Assembly: GCF_020745735.1 (NCBI RefSeq)
Contig: NC_083435.1
Span: 3,325,905-3,389,904, forward strand
Length of the DNA: 64,000 nt
Source: Hemiscyllium ocellatum
Lineage: Eukaryota
Direction: 5' to 3'
The notes below the pieces were generated by a model. The model worked only from the letters and a program-made list of their open reading frames with translations. It was not told the DNA's origin and searched no databases. The position numbers and the translations under genes were made by a program. Positions 12,401 through 23,252 of this stretch are shown in pieces (within the stretch, counting starts at the first letter, position 1; each line of letters starts with the position of its first letter).

Positions 12401-14865
12401 CACACAGTCAGTCGCCTGAGGCGGGAACTGAACCCGGGTCTCTGGCGCTGTGAGGCAGCAGTGCTAACCACTGTGTCACCGTGCCGTCCATTAAATGTTT
12501 CAAAGACATTTGGATAAGGGCATGATTGGGAAGGGTTTGGAGGGACATGGGCCAGGGGCAGGTAGGTGGGACTGGTGGAGTTTGGGATCAGGGTCAGCAC
12601 GGACTGGTTGGGCCGAAGGGTCAGTTCCAAGCCGCACAACTCCAGGATCAATGCTGGAGCTTCGGCCATTTCAGAATGGACGTTCATCAGGGAGGGAGGG
12701 AGAGGGAGACAACGTTTCCGGGTTTGGGGAGATGATGGAAAGGTTAGCTGAGAAGAACTGCAGACAGGTCCAGGCTGGTGAAGGGGGAGACGGAGCACAA
12801 TGCAGGGAAAGGCAAGGTTTTGGCAGCAACAGTGTATTTGTTAAAATTGTCAAACTTGTAGAACATGGTACCCTCACACAGTCCGCAGACAGTTCCAGAA
12901 GGAATTATCCTGCTGGCCGCTGTGGTAAAGGCACGGACCCACAGGATGGTATTGGCCTACTCCACGTGTACACGGACAGTGGCAGTCAGCACAAAGGGGG
13001 GGGAGCCCGGGGGGGGAATGGCAGGGCTGACAGAAGGTCACACCACAGCAGTCACCCTGTGAAGGGCCGGGTGTGGGAACAAGTGACCCAGAGGTACACG
13101 GGGCTGGGGGAGGGGGAGGGGAAGGGGGGGGGGGGCGGTGGAATGGTGACTGGGAGGGTCCCCAGGCCGTGCCACCCTACCTGTCACGGTGGCCTTACAC
13201 TTCCCCGTCTTGGTGTCGTACACTGCCACGATACCTTCCGCTCCGACCGAGATCAGGTGGGTGGGGTCCTTCGGGTGGAAGCACAGGCAGGTGGTGGCCT
13301 GGCGGGAGACCCCTCCGCTGAATACGTCCCGCAGAGGGGTCCCACTCACAGGGTTCACAGCCTGAAATCACAGGGCACAGGGGTCACCGACAGGTGGGGG
13401 GGTCACAGGGGTCACCGACAGGTGGGGGGTCACAGGGGTCACTGACAGGTGGGGGGTCACAGGGGTCACCGACAGTGCGGGGGGTCACAGGGGTCACCGA
13501 CAGGCAGAGGGGGGGTCACAGGGCTCACCGACAGGCAGAGAGGGGAGGGCTCAGGGGTCACCGACAGGTGGGGGGTCACAGGGGTCACCGACAGGTGGGG
13601 GGGTCACAGGGGTCACCGACAGGCAGAGAGGGGAGGGCTCAGGGGTCACCGACAGGTGGGGGGGTCACAGGGGTCACCGACAGTGCGGGGGGGTCACAGG
13701 GGTCACCGACAGGTGGGGGGGCACAGGGGTCACTGACAGGCGGGGGGGGCACAGGGGTCACCGACAGGCGGGGGGGGCACAGGGGTCACCGACAGGCGGG
13801 GGGGGCACAGGGGTCACCGACAGTGCAGGGGGGGTCACAGGGGTCACCGACAGGCAGGGGGGTCACAGGGGTCACCGACAGGCAGGGGGGGTCACAGGGG
13901 TCACCGACAGGCAGAGAGGGGAGGGCTCAGGGGTCACCGACAGGTGGGGGGGTCACAGGGGTCACCGACAGTGCGGGGGGGTCACAGGGGTCACCGACAG
14001 GTGGGGGGTCACAGGGGTCACCGACAGGCGGGGGGTCACAGGGGTCACTGACAGTGCAGAGGGAGGGGACACAGGGGTCACCGACAGGTGGGGGGTCACA
14101 GGGGTCACCGACAGGCGGGGGTTCACTGACAGGCAGGGGGGTCACAGGGGTCACTGACAGGCAGAGAGGGGTCACAGGGGTCACCGACAGGCAGAGAGAG
14201 GTCACACGGGTCACCGACAGGCAGGGGGGTCACAGGGGTCACTGACAGGCAGAGAGGGGTCACAGGGGTTACCGACAGGTAGAGAATGGGCAACGGTCAA
14301 CAACAGTCAGAAAGAATGTATTACAGAGAGAAAGACTGAGGGCGCAGACATCAGGCAGAGAGGGGGAGGAGAGGACAAAGGTCATCAACAGACAGAGAGA
14401 GAGAGGGTGCATAAAGAGAGGGGGCATGGGTCACCAGTAGGCAGAAAGAGGTCACAGGTCAACAACGGGCAGAGAGAGGGTAGAGAGAGAGAGGGAACAG
14501 GTCAACAATAGGAAGAGTTTAGGTGTTGGTCACCAACAGGAAGTAAGAGGGGGTGGGGTTTGGGAGAGGGAAGGGGAGGCTGTGTGGACAGAGAGAGCAG
14601 AGAAGGGAGGGAGGGAGGGATGGATGATGGGAGGGGAAGTAAATTTGGAGATGAAGAACTCCGAGTTGGAATCATCTTTAATCTCACCAATGCCTTTCTT
14701 GGCTTATTCCCAAAGTACCTGAATGGCTCCATTTCCAAATCCCACAATTAACTCCTGTCCATCGGGAGATATGGCCAAACTGTAAATGCCCTGGGAGTCT
14801 CGGGTCAGCGAGATTGCATAGCGCAGTTTCATCTGAGTTGGCACTTCCTTCTTGGTACCTGCCAT
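3352..14865 (-). CDS. Uncharacterised WD40-repeat (beta-propeller) protein, 332 aa; coding exons 14865-14719, 13361-13181, 9051-8945, 8412-8263, 6834-6754, 6396-6184, 3471-3352
   Basis: All junctions are GT-AG with compatible phases (0,1,0,0,0,0). The translation has WD40 motifs: IYSLAISPDGQELIVGFGNGAIQ, TTCLCFHPKD...VAVYD, LYTVDISADGGTYATAGSNRSIKIYD, GHTRRIFAVRFHP...FVSGGWDDSIKIWD, ILTGSW...LQIWD, and ends HIAFGGGGGNLHIAYLN*. Confidence 0.85.
3930..4665 (+). mobile_element. Degenerate CR1 3' fragment
   Basis: [18 protein letters not shown]...LERVQERFNRML. Confidence 0.75.
5000..5380 (-). mobile_element. HE1-type SINE with about 3 copies of the 53-bp unit
   Basis: Same body and tail in reverse. 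Confidence 0.8.
6960..7525 (+). mobile_element. Degenerate Penelope-like 3' fragment
   Basis: Similar to the 36700-37150 tail; decayed hammerhead ctgaggcagggtcactcaacccgaaacgtt near 7430-7459. Confidence 0.55.
7667..7964. other. Assembly gap
   Basis: Run of N. Confidence 1.
10045..10985 (+). mobile_element. HE1-type (elasmobranch tRNA-derived) SINE with an internal ~53-bp unit amplified about 13 times
   Basis: SINE body tttgcacattctccccgtgtctgcgtgggtttcctccgg and tail gggctgaatggcctg; unit gggatgtgcaggttagggtggattggccatgggaaattgtcccatagtgccca. Confidence 0.85.
11290..12630 (+). mobile_element. Degenerate CR1 3' fragments; the second is interrupted by an HE1 SINE at 12180-12490
   Basis: RLYRIWVRPCLEHC motif and family tails near 11720 and 12610. 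Confidence 0.65.
12180..12490 (-). mobile_element. HE1-type SINE, near full length
   Basis: tRNA-like head (A-box-like acagtggttagcac, B box GGTTCAGTTCC) plus body and tail. Confidence 0.85.
13370..14282. repeat. G-rich minisatellite, ~27-bp core acaggggtcaccgacaggtggggggtc
   Basis: Direct tandem repeats starting 9 nt from the WD40 exon-2 acceptor. Confidence 0.95.
14719..14865 (-). CDS. WD40 gene first coding exon (MAGTKKEVPTQMKLRYAISLTRDSQGIYSLAISPDGQELIVGFGNGAIQ); not in the ORF track
   Basis: Acceptor ...gatccag| at 14894, ATG at 14865, donor CAG|GTACTT at 14719. Confidence 0.8.
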
Positions 14866-15059
14866 CTTATCAGCCCCAGTGTAGCCAACAAATCCTGGAT
14901 CATTAAGACAAACAGAAACTAGTCAGACCAGGAGAACAGACTGGGAGGGCAGGCTCAAGTCACTCTCCATATACCAGTAGCCCCTCAGAGTGTTCCCCTA
15001 TCCATCTATCTCAGAGAGAGAGAGAGCACCAGCCCACGCTCTCCATGGAGCCCTACATC

Positions 15060-15420
15060 AATCCCCTAATCACTCTGCTATTCTCTCTCTCTCCCCATAG
15101 CCCTGTATCAGTCCCCAAACTAATCCCACTGTCCCCTGCTCTCTCCCCATAGCCCTGTATCAGTCCCCAAACTAATCCCACTGTTCCCCGCGCTCTCCCC
15201 ATAGCCCTGTACCGATCCCCAAACTAATCCCACTGTCCCCTGCTCTCTCCCCATAGCCCTGTACCGATCCCCAAACTAATCCCACTGTCCCCTGCTCTCT
15301 CCCCATAGCCCTGTATCAGTCCCCAAACTAATCCCACTGTCCCCTGCTCTCTCCCCATAGCCCTGTATCAGTCCCCAAACTAATCCCACTGTTCCCCGCG
15401 CTCTCCCCATAGCCCTGTAG
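15060..15420. repeat. 52-bp minisatellite (ccccaaactaatcccactgtcccctgctctctccccatagccctgtatcagt), 6-7 copies
   Basis: Direct tandem repeats. Confidence 0.95.
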
Positions 15421-15589
15421 CGATCCCACAACCTGGAATAAAAACGTGTTTTAGTTTGATGTTTGGGGCAGTTTTTCGCAGAAGTCCTGCCTGAACCTGA
15501 TTGTATAAAACAGCTGTTCTTGAGAAAGAGAGATATACCAGCAATGTTAAGAAAAATGTTATCTCAACATTAGGCAGTCAGTCATTGTC

Positions 15590-15990
15590 ATCCAGCCTAG
15601 AAACAGACCCTGTGGCCCAACCCCTCTGCACCGAGCAGGATTTCCAAACTGGAATAATCCCATTTGTTTGTGTTTATCCCACATCCCTCTAAACCCTTGC
15701 CAGGACATGTACCTGTCAGGATGCCTCTTAAATGTTGTAACTGTACCAGCCTCCACCACATCCTCTGGCAGCTCGTTCCATACACGTACCACCCTCTGGG
15801 TCTGCCCCACTTACCAACCCTACTTTGTGTGTGTTCACATCCAAACCACTTATGCAAATGGCAAAAAGTAGTGGACCCAGCGCCGATCCCTGCGGAACAC
15901 CACTGGTCACAGGCTTCCAGTCCGAAAAAGCAACCATCGAGCACCTCCCGCTGTCTTCTACATCCAAACTAATTTTCTATCCAATTGCCG
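15590..15990 (-). mobile_element. CR1 fragments (RT core fused to 3' tail)
   Basis: VTSGVPQGSALGPLLF and [18 protein letters not shown]. Confidence 0.7.
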
Positions 15991-17821
15991 GGCACCTTCC
16001 TCATGTCCCGCATTCCAAGTGACCGAAGCAGTCCACCAGGCTGAACCTTGGTGAAACCACGCGGAAATGAAGCCCTGAGGTGGTGAACGGGAAAGGATTT
16101 CCCTTCGGCGTCAGTAATTAAAGCTGTGCATTTTTCGGATCATATTCCATTGGGTGTTTCAAGATCTCTAAGCGAGATAAATAGCTTGGCTTGCTCCACC
16201 TCGTTTTCATTTCTTTTGCTCAATAAATTGTTCAACCTGTAACTATGTTTGTAGCGTGACGCTTTAGTTTCAAACTTTAAAAAAAAACAACAAAATATGA
16301 TCTATCGGAGCAACTTTTGTCAAGTAATAACATAAACTGAGATCACCACACCCTGCAATCCTGCCCTGATAGACACACCAGTATAACATACCTTATAAAA
16401 CCCAACCAGGGCTCCTCAGACAGCACCTTCCAAACCCACGGCCACTTCCATCCAGAAGGACAAGGGGCAGCAGATCCATGGAATTCCCACCCCTCCAAGT
16501 GCAAGTTCCCCTCCTTGCCCCTCCCCATCCCGACTTGGAAATATATCAGCCGTTCCTTCAGTGTGGCTGGGTCCCAATCCTGGAATTCCCTCCCTAAGGG
16601 ACATTGTGGGTCTACCCACAGCACATGGACTGCAGCGGTTCAAGAAGGCAGCTCACCCCCACCTTCTCAAGGGGAGGGGGGCAACTAGGGACAGGGGCAG
16701 GAAATGCAGCTCCACCCCACCTCCTCAAGGGGAGACAACTAGGGACAGGGGCAGCTCACCCCACCTTGGGTTTATTGCGTCACCTGGCGATTCGCCACTG
16801 TCCACGTGGCCCTAATTTATCCTCAATTTCAACTGAGCAAAGACACCAGTGAGGTGGGTCGTAGGTGGTTTGATGCTCCTGTTAATCCCTAACCCATCCC
16901 ACTGATGTACTGTCCCCACGGTCCAGCAGCTGCTCTGGTGTTGGCCTGAATGTGTCTCCCCCCCCAGAGAAGGATTCAAGAGCTCCTGAGTGAACCACTG
17001 GCTGTGCCATTCCATCCATCTCCATCTCCACACTACAGTCAGCTCGCCTCTCTCTCTCTCTCTCTCTGGGAACTATTCCAGCAGAGACTAGTCCTCAAAT
17101 TAAATGTGTGGAGATCATCCCTGTAACTGGGACACTCAAAACTGAGCTCCCCCAGGGTGACCCCCAACAGGGGGAGACCGGTGTGTGGTGGTGGTGATAA
17201 TATCCCTGGATTGGATCCAGAACTCCAGGACTTTGGGCTTGAGTCTGAAATACAGAGCCACCGTGGAACAGCTGAAAGGATTGTCATTAAAGCAAACCCA
17301 CCTGCTTGACTAACGGCCCTGAAGGCTGTGCTGCCTCAGTCTAACTCCAAAACCCACCGCAATGGGATGTCTCGGAGCTGTCCTCTGGGTGACCAGCTCG
17401 TGCCTAGCCAGTGAATGAATACATGTTAATACACTCCAGAAAAGTGAGAGACGTTGTGCGCTGGTGTCCAACATCCAACCTTACCAGGAAATGAAGCAAA
17501 GCTTCTGTTACCAAGTCAACAAAATTCTCCTCACAACAGTGACACCATACCCATGACGATTGGTTTAAATAGTTACTCTGTAAACGTGCTCCTGGCTGGG
17601 CAGGTTTGGGTTGGAGAGTTGCCCAGGCTGGAGTTAGGAACTCTCTCCTGAATCTGGCCGGTTTGTCACAGAGATAGCACACAGCACAGAGTGTACCTCA
17701 GGGTGAGGACATACTGTCCTTCTCCACAATGTCACACCGACCAATCCGGTCAGACAGAGATACACACGGGTGACAGGGGGATTGGTCAGGTCCTGGGCGA
17801 CAGTTCCTTCATCACCCCGGG

Positions 17822-17950
17822 TGGAACCCCACGCAGACACGGAGAGAACACGCAAACTCCACACGGACAGTCTCCTGAGGCTGGAATCCAACCCAGGTCC
17901 CTGTCGCTGTGAGGCAGGAGGGCTAACCACTGAACCACCGTGCCACCCAT
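17822..17950 (-). mobile_element. HE1-type SINE 5' part
   Basis: ggtggcacggtggttcagtggttagc...gggttggattcc head. Confidence 0.75.
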
Positions 17951-18149
17951 CCTATGCTGGGTGTGCATGGAGGGGTGTGTGTGTGTGTGTATGTGTGTGT
18001 GTGTGTGTGTACGTATGTGGGGGGAAGGAAGGGGGAGGATGTTGAGAGGGGAATGATATAAAGACCCATCTGCCCTTGCCCTTTGACAGCAAATGAAGAG
18101 CCGTCTTTGCAATTGAGACAGTGACTACAGGAATCAGGCAACACCAAAT

Positions 18150-18600
18150 CAGAGCGCTCAGTCCAACCCATCCATGCTGACCAGATATCCCAACCCAACC
18201 TCGTCCCACCTGCCAGCACCCGGCCCATATCCCTCCAAACCCTTCCTATTCATATACCCATCCAGATGCCTCTTAAACCACATCCTCTGGCAGCTCATTC
18301 CATACACGTACCACCCTCTGTGTGAAAATATTGCCCCTTAGGTCTCTTTTATATCTTTCTCCTCTCACCCTAAACCTATGACCCTCTAGTTCTGGACTCC
18401 CCGACCCCAGGGAAAAGACTTTGTCTATTTATCCTATCCATGACCCCCATAATGTTGTAAACCTCTATAAGGTCACCCCTCAGCCTCCGACGCTCCAGGG
18501 AAAACAGCCCCAGCCTGTTCAGCCTCTCCCTGTAGCTCAGAGCCTCCAACCCTGGCAACATCCTTGTAAACCTTTTCTGAACCCTTTCAAGTTTCACAAC
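18150..18600 (-). mobile_element. CR1/HER1-like LINE 3' fragment
   Basis: [24 protein letters not shown] plus tail. Confidence 0.8.
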
Positions 18601-18938
18601 AGGAGACAGACTGTGCCTCACACCCACAGCACAGGGGTGCACAGCCTGGGGCTGCCAGTCTAAACCCCCAGGGAAAGGGGGTCCATTCCCCCTCACCCCA
18701 GGGCATTCATTCCCCCTCACCCCAGGGGATTCATTCCCACCCCAGGGGGTCCATTAGCCCCACCCCAGGGGGTCCATTCCCACCCCAGGGGATTCATTAC
18801 CCCCACCCCAGGGCATTCATTCCACCCCCCAGGGGATGGGGTTCATTCCCCTCCCTGGGGTGTACCCAGCCCCACAGGGACATCAAACACAGGCTCCCTC
18901 CCCCAGGGGGATAGTACAAGGGGGAAGGGCCGACCTAC

Positions 18939-19175
18939 CGCGGGTGCCGCTGGCTGCCGGTACCGACGTGATGCGGGTGAAGGGGGGGGTACAGCAGGGA
19001 CCCCCCCCCTCACTTCCGCATCCACTCATTCATTCACAAAATAAAGGGGCGGCCAGCGAATAAGGGCCCCCCGCCGCGCCATTGGTTACAGCAATGGGCC
19101 AATGGGAGAAGCTCCAGCACCCCGCGCCTCCAGCCATTGGTCAGAGCTGGCTGGCCAATGGAGGGAAGGCCGGAA
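18939..19175 (-). promoter_or_regulatory. Putative promoter and non-coding first exon of the WD40 gene
   Basis: Local CpG-rich patch, four CCAAT/ATTGG boxes (19081-19160), CCGGAAG ETS-type site near 19170, donor GCG|GTAGGT at 18939 that could splice to the 14894 acceptor. Confidence 0.5.
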
Positions 19176-19189
19176 GCATTGTCTCTCTC

Positions 19190-20300
19190 TCTCTCCCCAC
19201 CCCCACCCTCCCCCATCCATCCCAGTGTCCCCCTCCCCCACCATCCCCCCCCCACTGTCTCTCTCTCCCACCATTCCCCTCCCCCATCCCAGTGTCCCCC
19301 TCCCCCACCCTCCTCCCCATCCCCCCCAGTGTCTCCCTCCTCCCCCCCAGTGTCTACCTCCCCCTCCTCCCCATCCCTCCCAGTGTCTGCCTCCCCAACC
19401 ATCCCCCCCAGTGTCTCCCTCCTCCCCCCCAGTGTCTACCTCCCCCTCCTCCCCATCCCTCCCAGTGTCTGCCTCCCCAACCATCCCCCCCCGTGTCTCC
19501 CTCCTCCCCCCCAGTGTCTACCTCCCCCTCCCCCATCCCTCCCAGTGTCTGCCTCCCCCACCATCCATCCCAGTCTCTCTCTCCCACCATCCCCCCCCAG
19601 TGTCTCCCTCCTCCCCCCCAGTGTCTACCTCCCCCTCCTCCCCATCCCTCCCAGTGTCTGCCTCCCCAACCATCCCCCCCCGTGTCTCCCTCCTCCCCCC
19701 CAGTGTCTACCTCCCCCTCCCCCATCCCTCCCAGTGTCTGCCTCCCCCACCATCCATCCCAGTCTCTCTCTCCCACCATCCCCCTCCCCCATCCCTCCCA
19801 GTGTCTGCCTCCCCCACCATCCATCCCAGTCTCTCTCTCCCACCATCCCCCTCCCCCATCCCTCCCAGTGTCTGCCTCCCCCACCATCCATCCCAGTCTC
19901 TCTCTCCCACCATCCCCCTCAGTGTCTCCCTCCTCCCCCCAGTGTCTACCTCCCCCACCATCCCCCTCCCCCCATCCATCCCAGTGTCTGCCTCCCCCAT
20001 CCATCCGTGTCTCCGTCCCCCTCCCCCCATCCATCCCAGTCTCTCTCCCTCCCCCACCACCCCCTCCCCCCATCCATCCCAGTGTCTCCCTCCCCCCCCA
20101 TTCATCAGTCTCTCTTTCTCTCCCCCACCACCATCCCAGTGTCTCTCTCTCCTACTGTTCCCCTTCTCCATCCACCCCAACGTCTCTCTCCCACCATCTC
20201 CCTCCTCCATCCCAAAGTGCGTCTTTCCCATCTCCCTCCTCCATCTCAGTGTCCCCCTCCCACCACCTCCTTCCCAAAGTGTCCCTCTCCCGCCACCTCC
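19190..20300. repeat. C-rich compound minisatellite (cccagtgtct core)
   Basis: Direct tandem repeats; source of spurious Pro/Ser-rich ORFs. Confidence 0.95.
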
Positions 20301-22089
20301 CCATGCTGCTGCACCTGGTCCCTTCCTCAGCGCCTGGTCCCCCTGGAATTGAATCTCGTTCTGAAGCAGGGTACAACCACCCAGCCACGTCTTCCCTCTG
20401 ACCGTTTTTACTCCCCATCCATACCAAAGGCGCGGCAGATGCGCGCACACCCGAGGGATGAATCCTTGGCACAGCCAGCATGCTCTTACCTCAATGCCAG
20501 CTCAGCGACAGAAACAGAAGGGCCATCTCCACCAGGCCGTCAACAACGGTCTTGGAGGAGATGTGGTAAGTACATCTAATTGGTTGGTTCGACTCTGTCT
20601 CAGTCAGATCCTGACTGTATAGATGTGCTAGACTCTACCCCCTTTTACAGTCATATAGACCGTTTGTGTGATTCACCCATACTGACCAGTCCATCCCAAT
20701 CGGACCTAGTCCCACTGGCCAGCCCAGATCCCTCCAGTCCCTTTCCATCCAGATGCCTTTGAAGTATTGTCCAGAGGGGAGACAGTGGGTCCTCGTGTTG
20801 AGGAACAGGAGTTACTTGGAGAAGCTGGGACTGATATTAAGCAGGAACGACACTGACCCGAGGTTTACAAAGTCACAAGGGGTTTGAGAAGGACAGGGGG
20901 AAACCATCCCCCAATTCACAAATGGATCGAGGACCGAAGAGTGACAGATTCACAGCGAGTGGAGCTGCGGGAAACACCTCTGTCAAGCAGCGAGTGGCTC
21001 GGATCACCAAGGCGCATTGGCTGAGATGGGGGCAGTACCCAGGCAGTTTAAACACACACTGGGTCATCTGAAAAAGGAAGAACACACGGGGGTCACAGAG
21101 AAGTGGTGGTGACGGTGTGGTCAGAAACACAAGATGGCTTCCTCCCGTGTGGTCACATTCTGGGAACCGGGTGTGAATTTGGAGAGACGCAGACGTTCAC
21201 GTAACCAACCAGAAAGCTTCAGACCGACTGGAAAACCAAGCCAGCGAGAAACCATCCCGTCAAACAAGGGACTGACTGCAACCTGGAGGATTGGGAAAGG
21301 TGGACCCTGAGAGGCCGTTCCCATTGGCTGCAGCATGTCACACCAGGGGCCAGAGCTTCGGGACCACCACCATCCCATCCCAAGCGAGATAAGGAACATG
21401 TCCTTGAGCCAAAGGGGCAGCAAATGTTGGCCATTGCACAGAGCTCCAGAGTTCACTCGAAACAGAGACTGAGGGAACTCGGAGGGTGAGCAATCAATGC
21501 ATGACTATGATGAGATTACCTTCGGCCCAGCCAGTCCACACCGACCCTCCACAGAGTAACCCACCCAGACCCATTTCCTGAAGGGGTGGTGTCATTGGGG
21601 GGGGGAAGGGGTGGTGTCAGGGGGAGGGGGGGGCAGGGGAGGGGTCACGGGAGGGAGTGACCGAGTGCACCTCACCTATTTCTGATGCTCTCTGACCCGA
21701 GCTGACATGAGGGGGAAGGGAGTTTTGCACACACTCCCCGTGAGGCCATTCAGCCTTCGGCATATTCCAGCTCTTTCGGCCAGCCCATGTCCGGGCCGTG
21801 GATTCGTGTCCAGTCCCCTGCAGCCAGCTACAACCTGCAGAGTCTGCCGGACACAGCAGTGCCCACCTCCTCACTCACGTTCAAACCACCGTCCCCTCGG
21901 TCTCTCCAAGCCCACGCACACGGCCCTGCTGTCTCCTGGGTTCGGGGATAGGTCAGGTGGTACTGAGGGAGTCAGAAATATGTAGCACCTTACACAGGCT
22001 TGATACGGCCAGCCCAGCCCAGCCCAGCCCAGCCGACACGGAAGGCTATGATTAAAGGCAGGAGCCGGTGAGTTTGGTTTAGAAACCTC

Positions 22090-22095
22090 TTTATT
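22090..22095 (-). terminator. Poly(A) signal AATAAA of the RPL5-like gene
   Basis: tttatt on the + strand about 90 nt past the TGA; short 3'UTR typical of ribosomal protein mRNAs. Confidence 0.75.
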
Positions 22096-22184
22096 TGCTT
22101 GGCTGGATGTTCCCCCTCGATGGCACGGTACGGTACGGTATGGTACGCCACGGTGCGGTGCGGTACGGTACGGTGCGGAGCGCC

Positions 22185-22867
22185 TCAATCACCAGCAGCT
22201 GCCTGTGCCCGGAGGAAGCTGGCTTTTCGCTGGGCAACACGGTCCTTCCTCTGAGCTAGGGACAGCTTTCTCCGGGTCCACCTGTGGGCAGGGCAGGAAG
22301 GAGGGTGATTCACTCACACACACACACCCACACACTCCCCCCACACCCACACACTCCCCCACACCGGTTCCACCTGTGGGCAGGGCAGGAAGGAGGGTGA
22401 TTCACTCTCTCTCTCACACCCACCCACCCACATACACCAACCCCCCCCACCCCCAAACACACACACACACACACACTCCCCCCACACCGGTCCCACCTGT
22501 GGGCAGGGCAGGAAGGAGGGTGATTCACTCTCTCTCTCACACCCACCCACCCACATACACCAACCCCCCCACCCCCAAACACACACACACACACACTCCC
22601 CCCACACCGGTCCCACCTGTGGGCAGGGCAGGAAGGAGGGTGATTCACTCTCTCACACACACACACACACACACATACATCAGCCCCCCAACCCCAAACA
22701 CACACACACACACACACCCACCCACATACACCAAACCCCCACACCCCCCCCCCCAAACCCCAAACACACACACACACCCACCCACATACACCAAACCCCC
22801 ACCCCCCCCAAACCCCAAACACACACACACACCCACCCACATACACCAAACCCCCCCCCCCCCCCCC

Positions 22868-22898
<31 letters not shown>

Positions 22899-23216
22899 TC
22901 CCCCCACACCTGTGCCACCTGTGGGCAGGGCAGGAAGGAGGGTGATTCACTCTCTCTCACACATACACTCCCCCCCCCCCCCCCCCACACACACACAGGT
23001 TCCACCTGTGGACAGAGCAGGAAGGAGGGTGATTCAGTCTCTCACACACACCCCCACATACACCCACCCTCCCACCCCATACCCCCACACCCACCCAGCC
23101 CCATTACCCCCACACCCACCCGCTCGCCCAGCCCTCACTACACACGTGTGTGTGTGTGTGTGTGTGCGTGTGTGTGCGCGCGCGCGCAAGTGTGTATATA
23201 ATGTTACCCTCTGGTT

Positions 23217-23252
<36 letters not shown>

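Noticed and set aside
12495-14245. 316-aa and 283-aa plus-strand ORFs (GGSQGSPT repeats)
   Set aside because: Antisense to a WD40 exon and made of LINE tail and tandem repeat.
19082-20579. Long Pro/Ser- and Gly-rich ORFs (up to 480 aa)
   Set aside because: Open in several frames because they lie in a C-rich minisatellite that lacks stops.
21676-21817. Exon-like minus-strand segment encoding KSWNMPK, resembling RPL5 KRWNRPK
   Set aside because: It lies past the RPL5 poly(A) signal, has a poor polypyrimidine tract, and contains ggctgaatggcct typical of LINE/SINE tails; the match is probably chance.
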